Positions 19,616 to 29,785 are shown, counted from the first letter of the stretch. The stretch: 64,000 bases of DNA from Candidatus Saelkia tenebricola (GCA_030765145.1 JAVCDA010000046.1:6142-70141); one strand, 5' to 3'. The notes: generated by a model not told the origin, from the letters alone. Made by a program: numbers and translations.

Positions 19616-21478
19616 ATGTGCGGTATACTGGGTGTAACGGGGCAGAATATTAAAGAAGATAAGGAGAGATTTGACGGGGCTCTTGATTTGTTATTTCATC
19701 GTGGTTCTGATGAAAAAGGAAGTTTCTACGGTGAAAATTTTATATTTGGTTCTCAACGTTTGAAAATTATAGATTTTAAGGATGGACAACAGCCTCTTTC
19801 GAACGAAAACAGGGATTTAGAAATAGTATTTAACGGTGAAATATATAATTATCTGAGATTAAGAGGTGATTTAGAAACTAAAGGATATCGTTTTAAGTCT
19901 AATACAGATACAGAAGTGATTCTACATCTTTACGAGGAAGAAGGGATAGAGTGCCTTGGGCATCTTGAAGGTATGTTTGCATTTGCAATATATGATAAAA
20001 GAAGAAAGATCTGTTTTTTAAGTAGAGATAGGTTCGGGATAAAACCGCTTTTTTATTGGACTGATAAAGAAAAACTTATTTTTTCTTCTGAAATAAAGCC
20101 TATTTTAAAAATATTGGGAAGGAAACCTGCTGTATCTATTGAAGCTTTAAATCTATATTTTTGGCTGGATTATGTTCCTTCTCCTTATACGATATATCAG
20201 GGTGTTCAGTCTCTTTTACCCAGTCATTATCTGGTTTTTTCTAATCAAGGGGTAAAGCGTAATAAATATTATAATTTGGAGATAAATGAATTTAAAAAAA
20301 CAACTATTAAAGAAGCTGTTGTTTCGGTTAGAAGTGTTTTGGGGGAGAGTGTTAAAAGGCATCTTGTTTCTGATACGGAAGTGGGATTGCTTTTAAGCGG
20401 GGGTATTGATTCCAGTATTTTAGCATATGAGATGTCGCGTAATCTTAATGAATTTAAAACATTCAATATGGGTTTTAAAAATTCCGGATATGACGAGTCT
20501 AAATATGCAGATATTGTTTCGAAGCAGTTTAATTCAGAACATAAATCAAAAGAATTTCCATCATTAGAGAGCATGCGTGATTTGGAAAAAATTGTTTCTT
20601 GTATGGAACAACCGTTTGCAGACCATTCAGTAATACCAACGTACTTAATATCTGAGTTTTCTTCTGATTATCTTAAAGTTGTTCTTGCAGGAGATGGCGG
20701 AGATGAAGTGTTTTTAGGATATCAGACTTATATCGCTCATAAATTGTTTAATTGGTTTCAATTTATACCTAGGAATCTTCGAAGAGAAATATTAAAAGCC
20801 ATACTTGTTTTCTTACCTAAATCCGATCGTTACTTCAGTCTGGATTTTTGCCTGGGAAGATTATTAAGGTCTCAAAGTAGGCAGGATATTAAAAGGCATA
20901 TTCACTGGATGGAAAGTTTTGGAGAGGAAAGAAAAGTTTTACTCGGATCGGCATATAGAAATATTGAAGAACAATATTTGAATTTTACAGAAAGTACCTT
21001 TATTACAACAGACAATCTTATGGGCCGAATTCAACAATTTGATATTTTTACATATCTTAGTAATGATATTTTATACAAGAGTGATTTTGCCGGGATGATG
21101 AATTCACAAGAGGTAAGAGTTCCTTATTTAGATCATAAAGTGGTTGAACTCGGACTTTCTTTACCGTATGAGTTTAAATTGAAAGGTTTAAGAGGAACAA
21201 AATATGTTTTAAAACGAGCATATCGAGATGTTTTGCCACGCAGTGTATTAATGAGGAAAAAAATGGGTTTTAGTTTACCTACGGCAAGCTTATTTAGAAA
21301 AGAACTAAAAAGTTTGATGCTGTCTTTTATTGAAGATAAAAATATGGGGGATTATTTAAATGTGGATTATATAAAAAAAATATTTAATGAGCATTTGCGT
21401 CATGAATCAAATAATCGTAAAATGCTTTGGAATATTTTAATATTTTTTCTTTGGTATAAAAATAATGAAACTAAATAA
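19616..21478 (+). CDS. asnB: asparagine synthase-like glutamine amidotransferase
   Basis: N-terminal MCGI nucleophile, 'FNGEIYNY', 'SGGIDSS', 'GDGGDE'; glycan-cluster context suggests a non-Asn substrate. Confidence 0.88.
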   Translation: MCGILGVTGQNIKEDKERFDGALDLLFHRGSDEKGSFYGENFIFGSQRLKIIDFKDGQQPLSNENRDLEIVFNGEIYNYLRLRGDLETKGYRFKSNTDTEVILHLYEEEGIECLGHLEGMFAFAIYDKRRKICFLSRDRFGIKPLFYWTDKEKLIFSSEIKPILKILGRKPAVSIEALNLYFWLDYVPSPYTIYQGVQSLLPSHYLVFSNQGVKRNKYYNLEINEFKKTTIKEAVVSVRSVLGESVKRHLVSDTEVGLLLSGGIDSSILAYEMSRNLNEFKTFNMGFKNSGYDESKYADIVSKQFNSEHKSKEFPSLESMRDLEKIVSCMEQPFADHSVIPTYLISEFSSDYLKVVLAGDGGDEVFLGYQTYIAHKLFNWFQFIPRNLRREILKAILVFLPKSDRYFSLDFCLGRLLRSQSRQDIKRHIHWMESFGEERKVLLGSAYRNIEEQYLNFTESTFITTDNLMGRIQQFDIFTYLSNDILYKSDFAGMMNSQEVRVPYLDHKVVELGLSLPYEFKLKGLRGTKYVLKRAYRDVLPRSVLMRKKMGFSLPTASLFRKELKSLMLSFIEDKNMGDYLNVDYIKKIFNEHLRHESNNRKMLWNILIFFLWYKNNETK

Positions 21479-23180
21479 ATATTTTCTATTATTGGTAATG
21501 TTTTTTGTGATTTATTCTATCGTGGGTAGCTTAATCATTAAAAGCGATGACCATCTTTCAACGACTGATGCTCCTAATCATGCAGTTTTTTGTCTGCGGG
21601 ACTATCAGAACACTCTAGAAGTGTTTAGAGATATAGATATTAATTTTTTGAAAAATATACAGCGTTTAAAAGATATATTTACAAAAGGAGTTATTTACTG
21701 GCCAAAGTTTGTATATTTAACATCTTTTCCTTTAATGTATTTTTCAGAATCAACGGTTGCCGCATTAAAGATTACAAATGTTTTTTATCTATTTTTATTA
21801 ATGGTTTTCAGCTACCTTTTAACTTTAAAACTGGGAGGGAAGAGGAATGAAGGAGTTTGGGTTGCATCTTTAATGCCTCTTTATCCTTTTATTTCTAAAT
21901 CTATTTCAAGTTACGGTTTGGATTTTCCTCTTACTGTGAGCGTGGTGATATTCTTATATCTGTTGTTAAAAACCGAAGGCTTTAAAAACACGTTTTATTC
22001 TTTACTTTTAGGTTTAATTTTAGGAATATCTACTCTTATTAAAGGACAGGTTCTTTTATTCGTATCAGCTCCTTTATTAGTTTATTTCATAAATTCTGTT
22101 ATCAGAGAAATCAAGGGGAGGAAGGATTTAATATCTATATTTGTGATATTTGCTAATCTAGTGATATTTGGTATATTTTCTTTTCAAATAGGTAGTTTAT
22201 GGTGGGGGGGTAAATTAGATGAAATATTGCTTTCTTTTGGAGAACATGTGGGTAGCGGAATTAAACACCTGGAAAGTTATCCTCAGGAGGCTTATGGCAG
22301 TCTGAGTTATTATTTTTTTTACTTTAAATATTTATTTTTAAAAGGTTTAGGTCCGTTACTTATGATTATTACAGGTGCGTTTTGCTTAAGATATATTTTT
22401 GTTTTTAAAGATAAGGGGAAGAGGATTTTATTAGTTTGGGTATTGGTGCCGTTTTTTATTTTTTCAGTTTTGTTAGTAGTACATCAGCTAAGATTTATAA
22501 TGCCGATTGTGCCTGCAATGGGCATAATGACTGTTTTAGGTTCCAGGTTTCGAAAAAATAGTCTAACTTTTATTCTGAGATTTATAATGCTATCTTTGGC
22601 ATGTTTCCAGTTGTTTCTGTTATTTGGCGGTATTAACAAAGGGCGTTTCCGTAGTTTGTTTAGTTTTGATGGAGATATGATATTAAATAAGGACAATCCG
22701 AATGCAAGTATAGCTGAATATTTTATAAATGAATTAAAAAATAATTTTTCAGAAGATATATATAAAGTTGTAATAATAAGATTTGCTGATATAGAAGACG
22801 GTCCTATGGGGCTGCAGTTTTGGATAGAAAATAAAGGCTACCAGCATGGAGTCAGGTTGATAACTCATGATATATTCGATCAATGGAATGCAGCATATCA
22901 ATGGTTAAGCGAAGAAGGTAAGTATATGATACTATTTATAGGAAATGAAGAATTTAATTTTGACAATAAAGATCTTTGGGATAAAAACGAGATTTTAAAA
23001 ATTGGTAAGCAATGGATGCCTAGGTTTGAAGCGTTCAAAAACTGTTCGCAGACAAAGGAATTATTAGATAGCATATTGCCTGTTGTTAAGAGTAATTCTA
23101 ATTATGTCTCAAGTTTTAGCTGCGAAGATTATTATTATTGTGAAATTTATGAATATAGCAATGTTCAACAATCTTATTGA
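21465..23180 (+). CDS. GT-C fold membrane glycosyltransferase (ArnT/PMT-like)
   Basis: About 11-13 TM segments, loop-1 'TTDAPNH', 'GLDFPL', 'LIKG', 'RFIMP', soluble C-terminal domain. Confidence 0.65.
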   Translation: MKLNKYFLLLVMFFVIYSIVGSLIIKSDDHLSTTDAPNHAVFCLRDYQNTLEVFRDIDINFLKNIQRLKDIFTKGVIYWPKFVYLTSFPLMYFSESTVAALKITNVFYLFLLMVFSYLLTLKLGGKRNEGVWVASLMPLYPFISKSISSYGLDFPLTVSVVIFLYLLLKTEGFKNTFYSLLLGLILGISTLIKGQVLLFVSAPLLVYFINSVIREIKGRKDLISIFVIFANLVIFGIFSFQIGSLWWGGKLDEILLSFGEHVGSGIKHLESYPQEAYGSLSYYFFYFKYLFLKGLGPLLMIITGAFCLRYIFVFKDKGKRILLVWVLVPFFIFSVLLVVHQLRFIMPIVPAMGIMTVLGSRFRKNSLTFILRFIMLSLACFQLFLLFGGINKGRFRSLFSFDGDMILNKDNPNASIAEYFINELKNNFSEDIYKVVIIRFADIEDGPMGLQFWIENKGYQHGVRLITHDIFDQWNAAYQWLSEEGKYMILFIGNEEFNFDNKDLWDKNEILKIGKQWMPRFEAFKNCSQTKELLDSILPVVKSNSNYVSSFSCEDYYYCEIYEYSNVQQSY

Positions 23181-26055
23181 AGCAGATTCTCATGATACTG
23201 TGCTTGTAATGATTCCTACATGGTATCCTTGGATACCTCCTATGGGGTTGGCGTATGTAGAGAGTTATTTAAATCATAAGGGGTATAATTCTCTGGTGTA
23301 TGATTTTAATGCTAAGCTTTATAACTCTGCTTGTGAAGAAGGTAAGAAGTTTTGGGATATAAGTACAATAAGCGCATTGCCTTTATCAGAAGTAGTTAGA
23401 AATATAAGTGAAAAATTTTCGGAGGAAATAGATAGGTTGGCTGGGATTTTAACAGAAAGACCGGAATCTATTATAGGTTTTTCAGTCAATTTGTTAAGTA
23501 TTCATATCGCAAGTTCTATTGCTCAAAAAATTAAGAGTAAAAATGCTAAGAAATTAATAGTTTTCGGAGGCCCTGGTTGTTTTTGGAGTTATGACAGGGA
23601 TGTGGTTCCCTTAGGGGTAGTAGATGTATTTGTAGTGGGAGAAGGGGAATTACCTTTTTATGAAGTAGTGGATAATTTTTATAAAGGGCTTGATTCATCA
23701 AACATCAAGGGTATTGTGATATATAAAGATGGGAAATTAAAAGATAATACTCCGGCTAATCCTGTTTTAGATTTAGATGAAATACCGTACCCGACATTTG
23801 AAGATTTTGATTTAGATGACTATGGTCAGGGTGAGCAGCAGGCCACATTACCGATAGGTGTAAGCAGGGGTTGCATTTCAAAATGTACTTTTTGTGTTGA
23901 TCATGTAATGTGTAATCCTTTCAGAATGAGAAGTCCTGAGCATGTAATTAAAGAGATGGAATATCATATTTCTGTTAACGGTATTAATAATTTTTCTTTT
24001 AATGATTTGCTATGTAACGGTCATCTTGGCAAGCTTGAAAAATTGTGTGACCTAATTATCAAAAGGGGTTTAAAGATTAAATGGGGTAGTTATGCTGTAG
24101 CACGAGGAGATATGCATCTAAGGCTTTTAAATAAGATGAAACAGGCGGGATGTGAGACTATTTGCTATGGGATAGAAAGCGGTTCGGATAAGATTTTAAA
24201 AATAATGAGCAAGATCTATAATTCATCCGATGCTGAAAAAGTTTTACGTCTGACGCATAAAGCGGGAATAAAAGCAACATTCAACATAATTATAGGTTAT
24301 CCTGGTGAAAGTAAAAAAGAGTTTAAGGAAACGCTTGATTTTGTTAAAAGAAATAAAAAATATATAACCAGTATAATAAATGTGTCTACGCTTTTTATAA
24401 ATCCTACAGCGTCTTTAGGAACTAATCCTGAGAAATTTAACATATATTTCCCTAAGCATCCTTCAGCATTTAGAATGGTGACATTGAAAAAACTTTTCAT
24501 TCCTCGGTACTATAAAATATTTGGAGTAAATAAACCTGTTCTAGAATTGCAAGGTATTGATTTTTCAAATTTTGTAGATAGTAATGGAAATACAAAACCT
24601 GAAAGACTAAAAAGATTAATAAAGGTTCTTAAACTTATCCATAGATTGGATTTGGTAAAATATGACCCAATTATAAACGTTTATCCTACGGAGAACAAAA
24701 GTGTTAAAAAGGCTATTAAAAATCTTAAAGAGCGCTGTAGTTTAACTTTTAAAGAAGTATCTTTAAAATGTGATTTTTTGGGTTTTGCTGCAATTTATCA
24801 TAAAAACAGGATTATAAGTTCTGGTTCCGGTTTAAATGTAGCTTTTAGAATAGGTGAAGAATGGTATGATACTTCTTGTTATTCTTGGGATATTAAGAAA
24901 ATCCGATCCAATGTTTTAAAAGTTTCTATTGCAATGGATGATATAGGAATAAAGCAGATGTGGACTTTTAAGTTTAACAAATTGGGATTGTTTTGGAAAA
25001 TAAATGGGTTTTTTAAAGAGAAAGACAACTCGCCTGATGAAATAAAATTAGGTTTACATGCTTCAACTTTATATAAATACTGGTTATCTCATCATTATGA
25101 AGGGGAATTTCCTGAACTTAATAATGAAGAATGGAGGTGTTTGCAATTTAAGCATATAAAAGAAGTTTCTGTTTTAGTTGATAAAGATGAGGATGCTGAT
25201 GTTGGTAAAATTGTGGTGAATAAAATAAAAAGCTCAGAACCTTTTTCTTTACGGTTGGAGAATCCCCTAAAACAATATAATTTTAGATTCTTAGCGTTTC
25301 AAAATTTGAGATCTAAACTTTACAGAAAAAACAATTTTAATGTTGATTTATTTATAAAATTTGAAAAAACAATTGGAAATACTAAGCTTCTTAAAAAATA
25401 TTTTATAGATAATATTAAATCCGAAAGATTGTATGTTGCTCGTAAAAACAAGGAGTTTTACATCAAAGTGCAAAGGGATGATGTTAAGTTGTATTATAAA
25501 GAAAATGAATTAACTTCTTCATATGGTGGCAATGTTTTTTTTCGTATTAATGGTGAGATTTTTGACACAACAAATGCTAAACGAGATGTTTTGGTTAAAA
25601 GTAAATTTATACAATATAAAGTGGAATGGGACAATACACCTTTAATATTACTTTGGGGTATGTGTTTAAATGAAAATAAGATGTTTTGGAATTTTGAAAT
25701 CACCTCTCAAAAAAAGTTAAAATTAGAAGAGATTCGATTTGGTATCTTTTTAAATAAGGACTATGTTAATTGGTATGCAGGTGCATTTAGAGGCATATTA
25801 CACACAATGCCGGAAAATGAAGGGCTGTTGATACCTTTAAGAAAATTTATAGGTAATAAAATATGTATAGAACCGGTTAATAAACACTTGCCGTCTGTAA
25901 CTTACTTTAAACCAAAGAAAGTTGGTTTTTTTCAAGTAGGGATTAATGATTTAAATTTGGGAGGGGGAAAATGTATCAGTACTGTCATAGAGAATATATC
26001 GCTTGATAATTGTAAACCCTTAAAATTTAGTTCCAAATTTGAATTCAAAAGATGA
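23149..26055 (+). CDS. B12-binding radical SAM protein with long duplicated C-terminal domain
   Basis: 'PPMGLAY...GFS...FGGP...VGEGE' cobalamin-binding domain; CxxxCxxC 'CISKCTFC' (23872-23895); 'GIESGS', 'IIGYPGE'; start 23149 or 23161. Confidence 0.9.
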   Translation: MNIAMFNNLIEADSHDTVLVMIPTWYPWIPPMGLAYVESYLNHKGYNSLVYDFNAKLYNSACEEGKKFWDISTISALPLSEVVRNISEKFSEEIDRLAGILTERPESIIGFSVNLLSIHIASSIAQKIKSKNAKKLIVFGGPGCFWSYDRDVVPLGVVDVFVVGEGELPFYEVVDNFYKGLDSSNIKGIVIYKDGKLKDNTPANPVLDLDEIPYPTFEDFDLDDYGQGEQQATLPIGVSRGCISKCTFCVDHVMCNPFRMRSPEHVIKEMEYHISVNGINNFSFNDLLCNGHLGKLEKLCDLIIKRGLKIKWGSYAVARGDMHLRLLNKMKQAGCETICYGIESGSDKILKIMSKIYNSSDAEKVLRLTHKAGIKATFNIIIGYPGESKKEFKETLDFVKRNKKYITSIINVSTLFINPTASLGTNPEKFNIYFPKHPSAFRMVTLKKLFIPRYYKIFGVNKPVLELQGIDFSNFVDSNGNTKPERLKRLIKVLKLIHRLDLVKYDPIINVYPTENKSVKKAIKNLKERCSLTFKEVSLKCDFLGFAAIYHKNRIISSGSGLNVAFRIGEEWYDTSCYSWDIKKIRSNVLKVSIAMDDIGIKQMWTFKFNKLGLFWKINGFFKEKDNSPDEIKLGLHASTLYKYWLSHHYEGEFPELNNEEWRCLQFKHIKEVSVLVDKDEDADVGKIVVNKIKSSEPFSLRLENPLKQYNFRFLAFQNLRSKLYRKNNFNVDLFIKFEKTIGNTKLLKKYFIDNIKSERLYVARKNKEFYIKVQRDDVKLYYKENELTSSYGGNVFFRINGEIFDTTNAKRDVLVKSKFIQYKVEWDNTPLILLWGMCLNENKMFWNFEITSQKKLKLEEIRFGIFLNKDYVNWYAGAFRGILHTMPENEGLLIPLRKFIGNKICIEPVNKHLPSVTYFKPKKVGFFQVGINDLNLGGGKCISTVIENISLDNCKPLKFSSKFEFKR

Positions 26056-27221
26056 AAAAAAGAATTTTTATTTGTTTATTATTGTTGCTTGTGTTAGTTT
26101 CAACCGCGCGATATATTCGCAGGGCTCCCAAGAGAGATTATTCTGATTTTCATGTAGTGTATTCTACGGCTCAAAGATTTATCCAGGGAGAAGAAATTTA
26201 TACATTTGAGGGGGATGTTTCTTATTATAAATATCCTCCTTTTTATGCTTTTTTAACATCTTTTCTGGCATTTTCAAGTGAATTTAAAGCAGCTGTTCTC
26301 TGGCACTTTTTAAATTGGATATTTTTATTTTTAATTTTTTTCTCTTGGTTAAATATACTTGATTCTAAGAAAAGGATTTTAATTTCAATGCTGGTTTTTA
26401 TATTCAGCTTCCGTTTTATTTTGGAAAATATGGATCAGGGGCAGGCAAATATATCATTTTTAGCGTTTAGTAGCATTGCTTTCTATTTTTATTTTAAAGG
26501 AAAACGAAATATATCTGCTTTGTTTTTAGCCGTTTCCATTCTTTCAAAATATCTTTCCATTGTATTTATACCATTTTTTATTATACGAAAAGAGTATAAA
26601 TATGCATTGAGGACTTTGGTGTTTTTAGTAATATTATATTTTTCCCCGGTTATTCTAACAGGTGTGGAAAGAATGTATCATTTGATGATGCAAAATATAC
26701 AATTTTTATTTAGCAGTTCTTTAGATAATTATTCGATTACTTGTTATCCCAATCAGTCTCTTTTAGCGGCTTTAAGAAGAATGTTTTCTTTAAATCAGTG
26801 GTATCCTACCCAGGTGTATGCTTTGTCGGATAAAACTATCTCCTTTATATTTTTTATGGCAAGTTTCATTCTGTTATTTTTAGCATATATACCAAGACGG
26901 GATATAAGGATTAATATAGGGTTGATTTCAGGCTTAATTCCGCTTTTAAATCCCAATGGCTGGAAGAATTCGTTTATTTGGCTTATTGTACCTAGTATGA
27001 TTTTATTTCAGCAGATATTTGAAAAAAGAGTAAAGAATAAATTCTTAATAACAATGGTTATCTTGTCATTTGTTTTTACCTCATGTACTAGTGAATTCTT
27101 TGTTTATTGGTGGGCGAAAGATTGGTTTGAAATTTATTCGTTTGTTACTTATGGTGCATTATTCCTATATTTTGCATTACTAAAATTTAATCTTAGCAAT
27201 AAAATCATATCTGAGAAATAG
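26052..27221 (+). CDS. GT87/DUF2029-family membrane glycosyltransferase
   Basis: 'DFHVVY', 'YYKYPPF', 'GQAN', 'NQSL'; polytopic. Confidence 0.82.
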   Translation: MKKRIFICLLLLLVLVSTARYIRRAPKRDYSDFHVVYSTAQRFIQGEEIYTFEGDVSYYKYPPFYAFLTSFLAFSSEFKAAVLWHFLNWIFLFLIFFSWLNILDSKKRILISMLVFIFSFRFILENMDQGQANISFLAFSSIAFYFYFKGKRNISALFLAVSILSKYLSIVFIPFFIIRKEYKYALRTLVFLVILYFSPVILTGVERMYHLMMQNIQFLFSSSLDNYSITCYPNQSLLAALRRMFSLNQWYPTQVYALSDKTISFIFFMASFILLFLAYIPRRDIRINIGLISGLIPLLNPNGWKNSFIWLIVPSMILFQQIFEKRVKNKFLITMVILSFVFTSCTSEFFVYWWAKDWFEIYSFVTYGALFLYFALLKFNLSNKIISEK

Positions 27222-27257
27222 AGGTTTTCCAGAACCAGATTCATTGCATATTTTGAA

Positions 27258-27286
27258 TTGACTTGGCTAATCTAATGGTGCATTAT
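27258..27286 (+). promoter_or_regulatory. sigma70-type promoter overlapped by an inverted repeat
   Basis: TTGACT-17 bp-CATTAT; IR TAATCTAAT-N8-ATTAGATTA at 27268-27293. Confidence 0.55.
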
Positions 27287-27329
27287 TAGATTATGTTGCA
27301 AAGAAGCAGCAATTTGAATTTTGGTTTTC

Positions 27330-27368
27330 AAAGCAACTCGTATTTTTCAGAGTTGCTTTTTTGTTTTT
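27330..27368 (+). terminator. intrinsic terminator-like hairpin upstream of histidine kinase
   Basis: AAAGCAACTC-loop-GAGTTGCTTT followed by TTTGTTTTT. Confidence 0.7.
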
Positions 27369-27382
27369 AAGGAGGATTAAAA

Positions 27383-29713
27383 ATGAGTGATGCAGGAAAA
27401 ACAAAAGCAGAGATTATAAATGAGTTGAATAGGTTGCGTCGGAAGATTGCTAGATTTAAGAGGATGGAAGTTGGTTTTAGAAAGACAGAGAAAGAGTTAA
27501 AAGAAAGCGAGAAGCAATATCGTCAATTAGCAAAAACTTCTATGGAAGCTTCTGCTATTTATGGGGAAGGTAAGATCTTAGCAGCAAACCAGAAATTTGT
27601 GCAGATGTTTGGGTATAAAAAATCAGAATTAATTGGGATGGATATTTTAAATTTGTTTGCACATGAATATCGAAATTCGGTAAAGAAAAATATTTTTTCT
27701 GAATATAAAAAGTTATATCAGGTAGTTGGTCTTAAGAAAGATGGCCCAAGTTTTATAGCCGAGATATATACATATAAAAGATGCAAAGCAAGAGTCATTG
27801 TGATTTGTGATGTCGTTGGGCAAAAGGAAAAAGGAGAAGAATTTATTGAATTTAAAACTATATCTGATGTTGCTCAATATGGTGCTGCTATTGTAGATAT
27901 TAGCGGTAAGATTGTGTATCTCAATAAATCGTTTGCTGATATGCATGGATATAAAGAGAGAGAGCTTGTCGGCAAACATTTTTCTGTGTTACATTCTAAA
28001 AATCAAATGAGACGGGTTAATGAATTGTTCACTATGATTAAAAAAAGTCAGGGGTATGCTAATGAGAAAGTGGGGCATATTAGAAAAAACGGAACTGTTT
28101 TTCTAACTTCAATGAGTGGGAGCCTTATAAAAGATGATAAAGGAATCCCGGTTTTTATGGCTGCTACAGCTGTTGATATATCAGAAGATAATAAGGTAGA
28201 GAGGGTTCTTCAGGAAGAGCGGGTACAGCTTCTTTCGATATTTGATAGCATTGATGAGGTGATTTATGTGGCAGATCCGGTTACTTACCGTATTCTTTAT
28301 ATGAACAAATATTTTGAAAATATATTGGGTAAAAATTCTGTAGGCAAATTGTGTTATCAGGAATTTCAAGGTTTAAAACAGCCGTGCAATTTTTGTACCA
28401 ATAAGATAATTTTACGGAAAAAAGATGAGCCGTATAGATGGGAATACTACAACCCTTTTTTAAACAAGCATTATGCCATAGCCGACCGTATTATAAAATG
28501 GTCTGATGGGAGAGATGTGAGATTTGAAATTGCAATGGATATAACCAATCTCAAAAAAGCAGAAGAAGAAGTGCGGAGAGAGAAAGAGTTTGCGGAAGCT
28601 CTTATTGAAACAGCACAGGTTATTGTATTGGTTTTGGATCCCAAGGGGAAAATTATCAGTTTCAATCCTTATATGGAGGAATTGTCTGGATATACGATAG
28701 ATCAGGTTCGCAATAAGAGTTGGTTTAATACGTTTTTGCCAAAACAGGATAGAGTCAAAACACGTCGATTATTCTTAAAATCAATAGACGGTATTCAGAC
28801 TAAAGGCAATATAAATGCTATTATTATTAAGGATGGTAAACGGCGGCATATAGAATGGCATGATAAAACTCTCAAAGATAAACAAGGTAAGACAATTGGT
28901 TTATTAGCTACCGGTTATGATGTTACTGAACGCAGAGAAGCAGAAAGGGTATTGATAAAATATAAGGATGGGTTGGAGCAAGCTGTTACGAGAAGGACTC
29001 AAGAATTAGTAAAAACTCAAAAAAAACTCGAAGATGCAAAACGTCTTTCTGATATCGGTATGCTTGCTGCTACGGTTGCGCACGAGTTGAACAACCCCCT
29101 AGGTGTTATAAAAACAGCGGTTTTTAATATAAGGAGAAAAGTAGAGTCTCGAGTTATAGATACTCATCTTCTAAATATAGAGAAGAAGATTTCAGAAAGC
29201 GTACGTATTATAAATAATCTTTTAAGTTATTCTCATATAAAAATTCCGCGGTATGAAAACATAGCGGTTCTTAAGATATTAGAGGAATGCCTTATTCATT
29301 GCAAGGAAAGGTATTCGAGGTTGAATTTAAAAATTAAAAAGGATTACAGTTGTAAGGAAAATAAAACTATTGAAGCAGACTCTCTTCATATGAACGAGCT
29401 TTTCTCAAATATTTTGGAAAATTCTTTTCAGTCTTTTAATAATAAAAATGGGAGGTTAAGTATAATTGTCAATTGTGATAATAAAATGAATGAATTTAAT
29501 ATGGTTGTTAAAGATAACGGAAAAGGGTTAAGTAAAAAAGATTTATCAAAAGTATTTGAACCATTTTTCACAAATAAAGCAAAAGGGATAGGTTTAGGTC
29601 TTACGGTGTGTAAAGAGGTTGTAGCCCTTCATAAAGGAACAATAAGTATCTCAAGTAAAGAAGGAGTAGGTACAACTGTTTTTGTAAGTTTGCCGATTAG
29701 TAAAAAGAGTTGA
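27383..29713 (+). CDS. cytoplasmic multi-PAS sensor histidine kinase (NtrB-like)
   Basis: About 4 PAS-like repeats, H-box 'AHELNNPL', 'DNGKG', 'FEPFFT', 'GIGLGL'; no TM segment; SD AAGGAGG. Confidence 0.93.
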   Translation: MSDAGKTKAEIINELNRLRRKIARFKRMEVGFRKTEKELKESEKQYRQLAKTSMEASAIYGEGKILAANQKFVQMFGYKKSELIGMDILNLFAHEYRNSVKKNIFSEYKKLYQVVGLKKDGPSFIAEIYTYKRCKARVIVICDVVGQKEKGEEFIEFKTISDVAQYGAAIVDISGKIVYLNKSFADMHGYKERELVGKHFSVLHSKNQMRRVNELFTMIKKSQGYANEKVGHIRKNGTVFLTSMSGSLIKDDKGIPVFMAATAVDISEDNKVERVLQEERVQLLSIFDSIDEVIYVADPVTYRILYMNKYFENILGKNSVGKLCYQEFQGLKQPCNFCTNKIILRKKDEPYRWEYYNPFLNKHYAIADRIIKWSDGRDVRFEIAMDITNLKKAEEEVRREKEFAEALIETAQVIVLVLDPKGKIISFNPYMEELSGYTIDQVRNKSWFNTFLPKQDRVKTRRLFLKSIDGIQTKGNINAIIIKDGKRRHIEWHDKTLKDKQGKTIGLLATGYDVTERREAERVLIKYKDGLEQAVTRRTQELVKTQKKLEDAKRLSDIGMLAATVAHELNNPLGVIKTAVFNIRRKVESRVIDTHLLNIEKKISESVRIINNLLSYSHIKIPRYENIAVLKILEECLIHCKERYSRLNLKIKKDYSCKENKTIEADSLHMNELFSNILENSFQSFNNKNGRLSIIVNCDNKMNEFNMVVKDNGKGLSKKDLSKVFEPFFTNKAKGIGLGLTVCKEVVALHKGTISISSKEGVGTTVFVSLPISKKS

Positions 29714-29785
29714 TAAAAGGTTTTATAAATCTGAATTATTAATCAGATTGAATTTTTCTCATATCTATGTTATTAAATTAACCAT

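Noticed and set aside
29728-29749. IR AATCTGA-N8-TCAGATT resembling the IR at 27268, as ends of a mobile unit around the kinase
   Set aside because: Different spacing, short AT-rich arms, no transposase or target duplication
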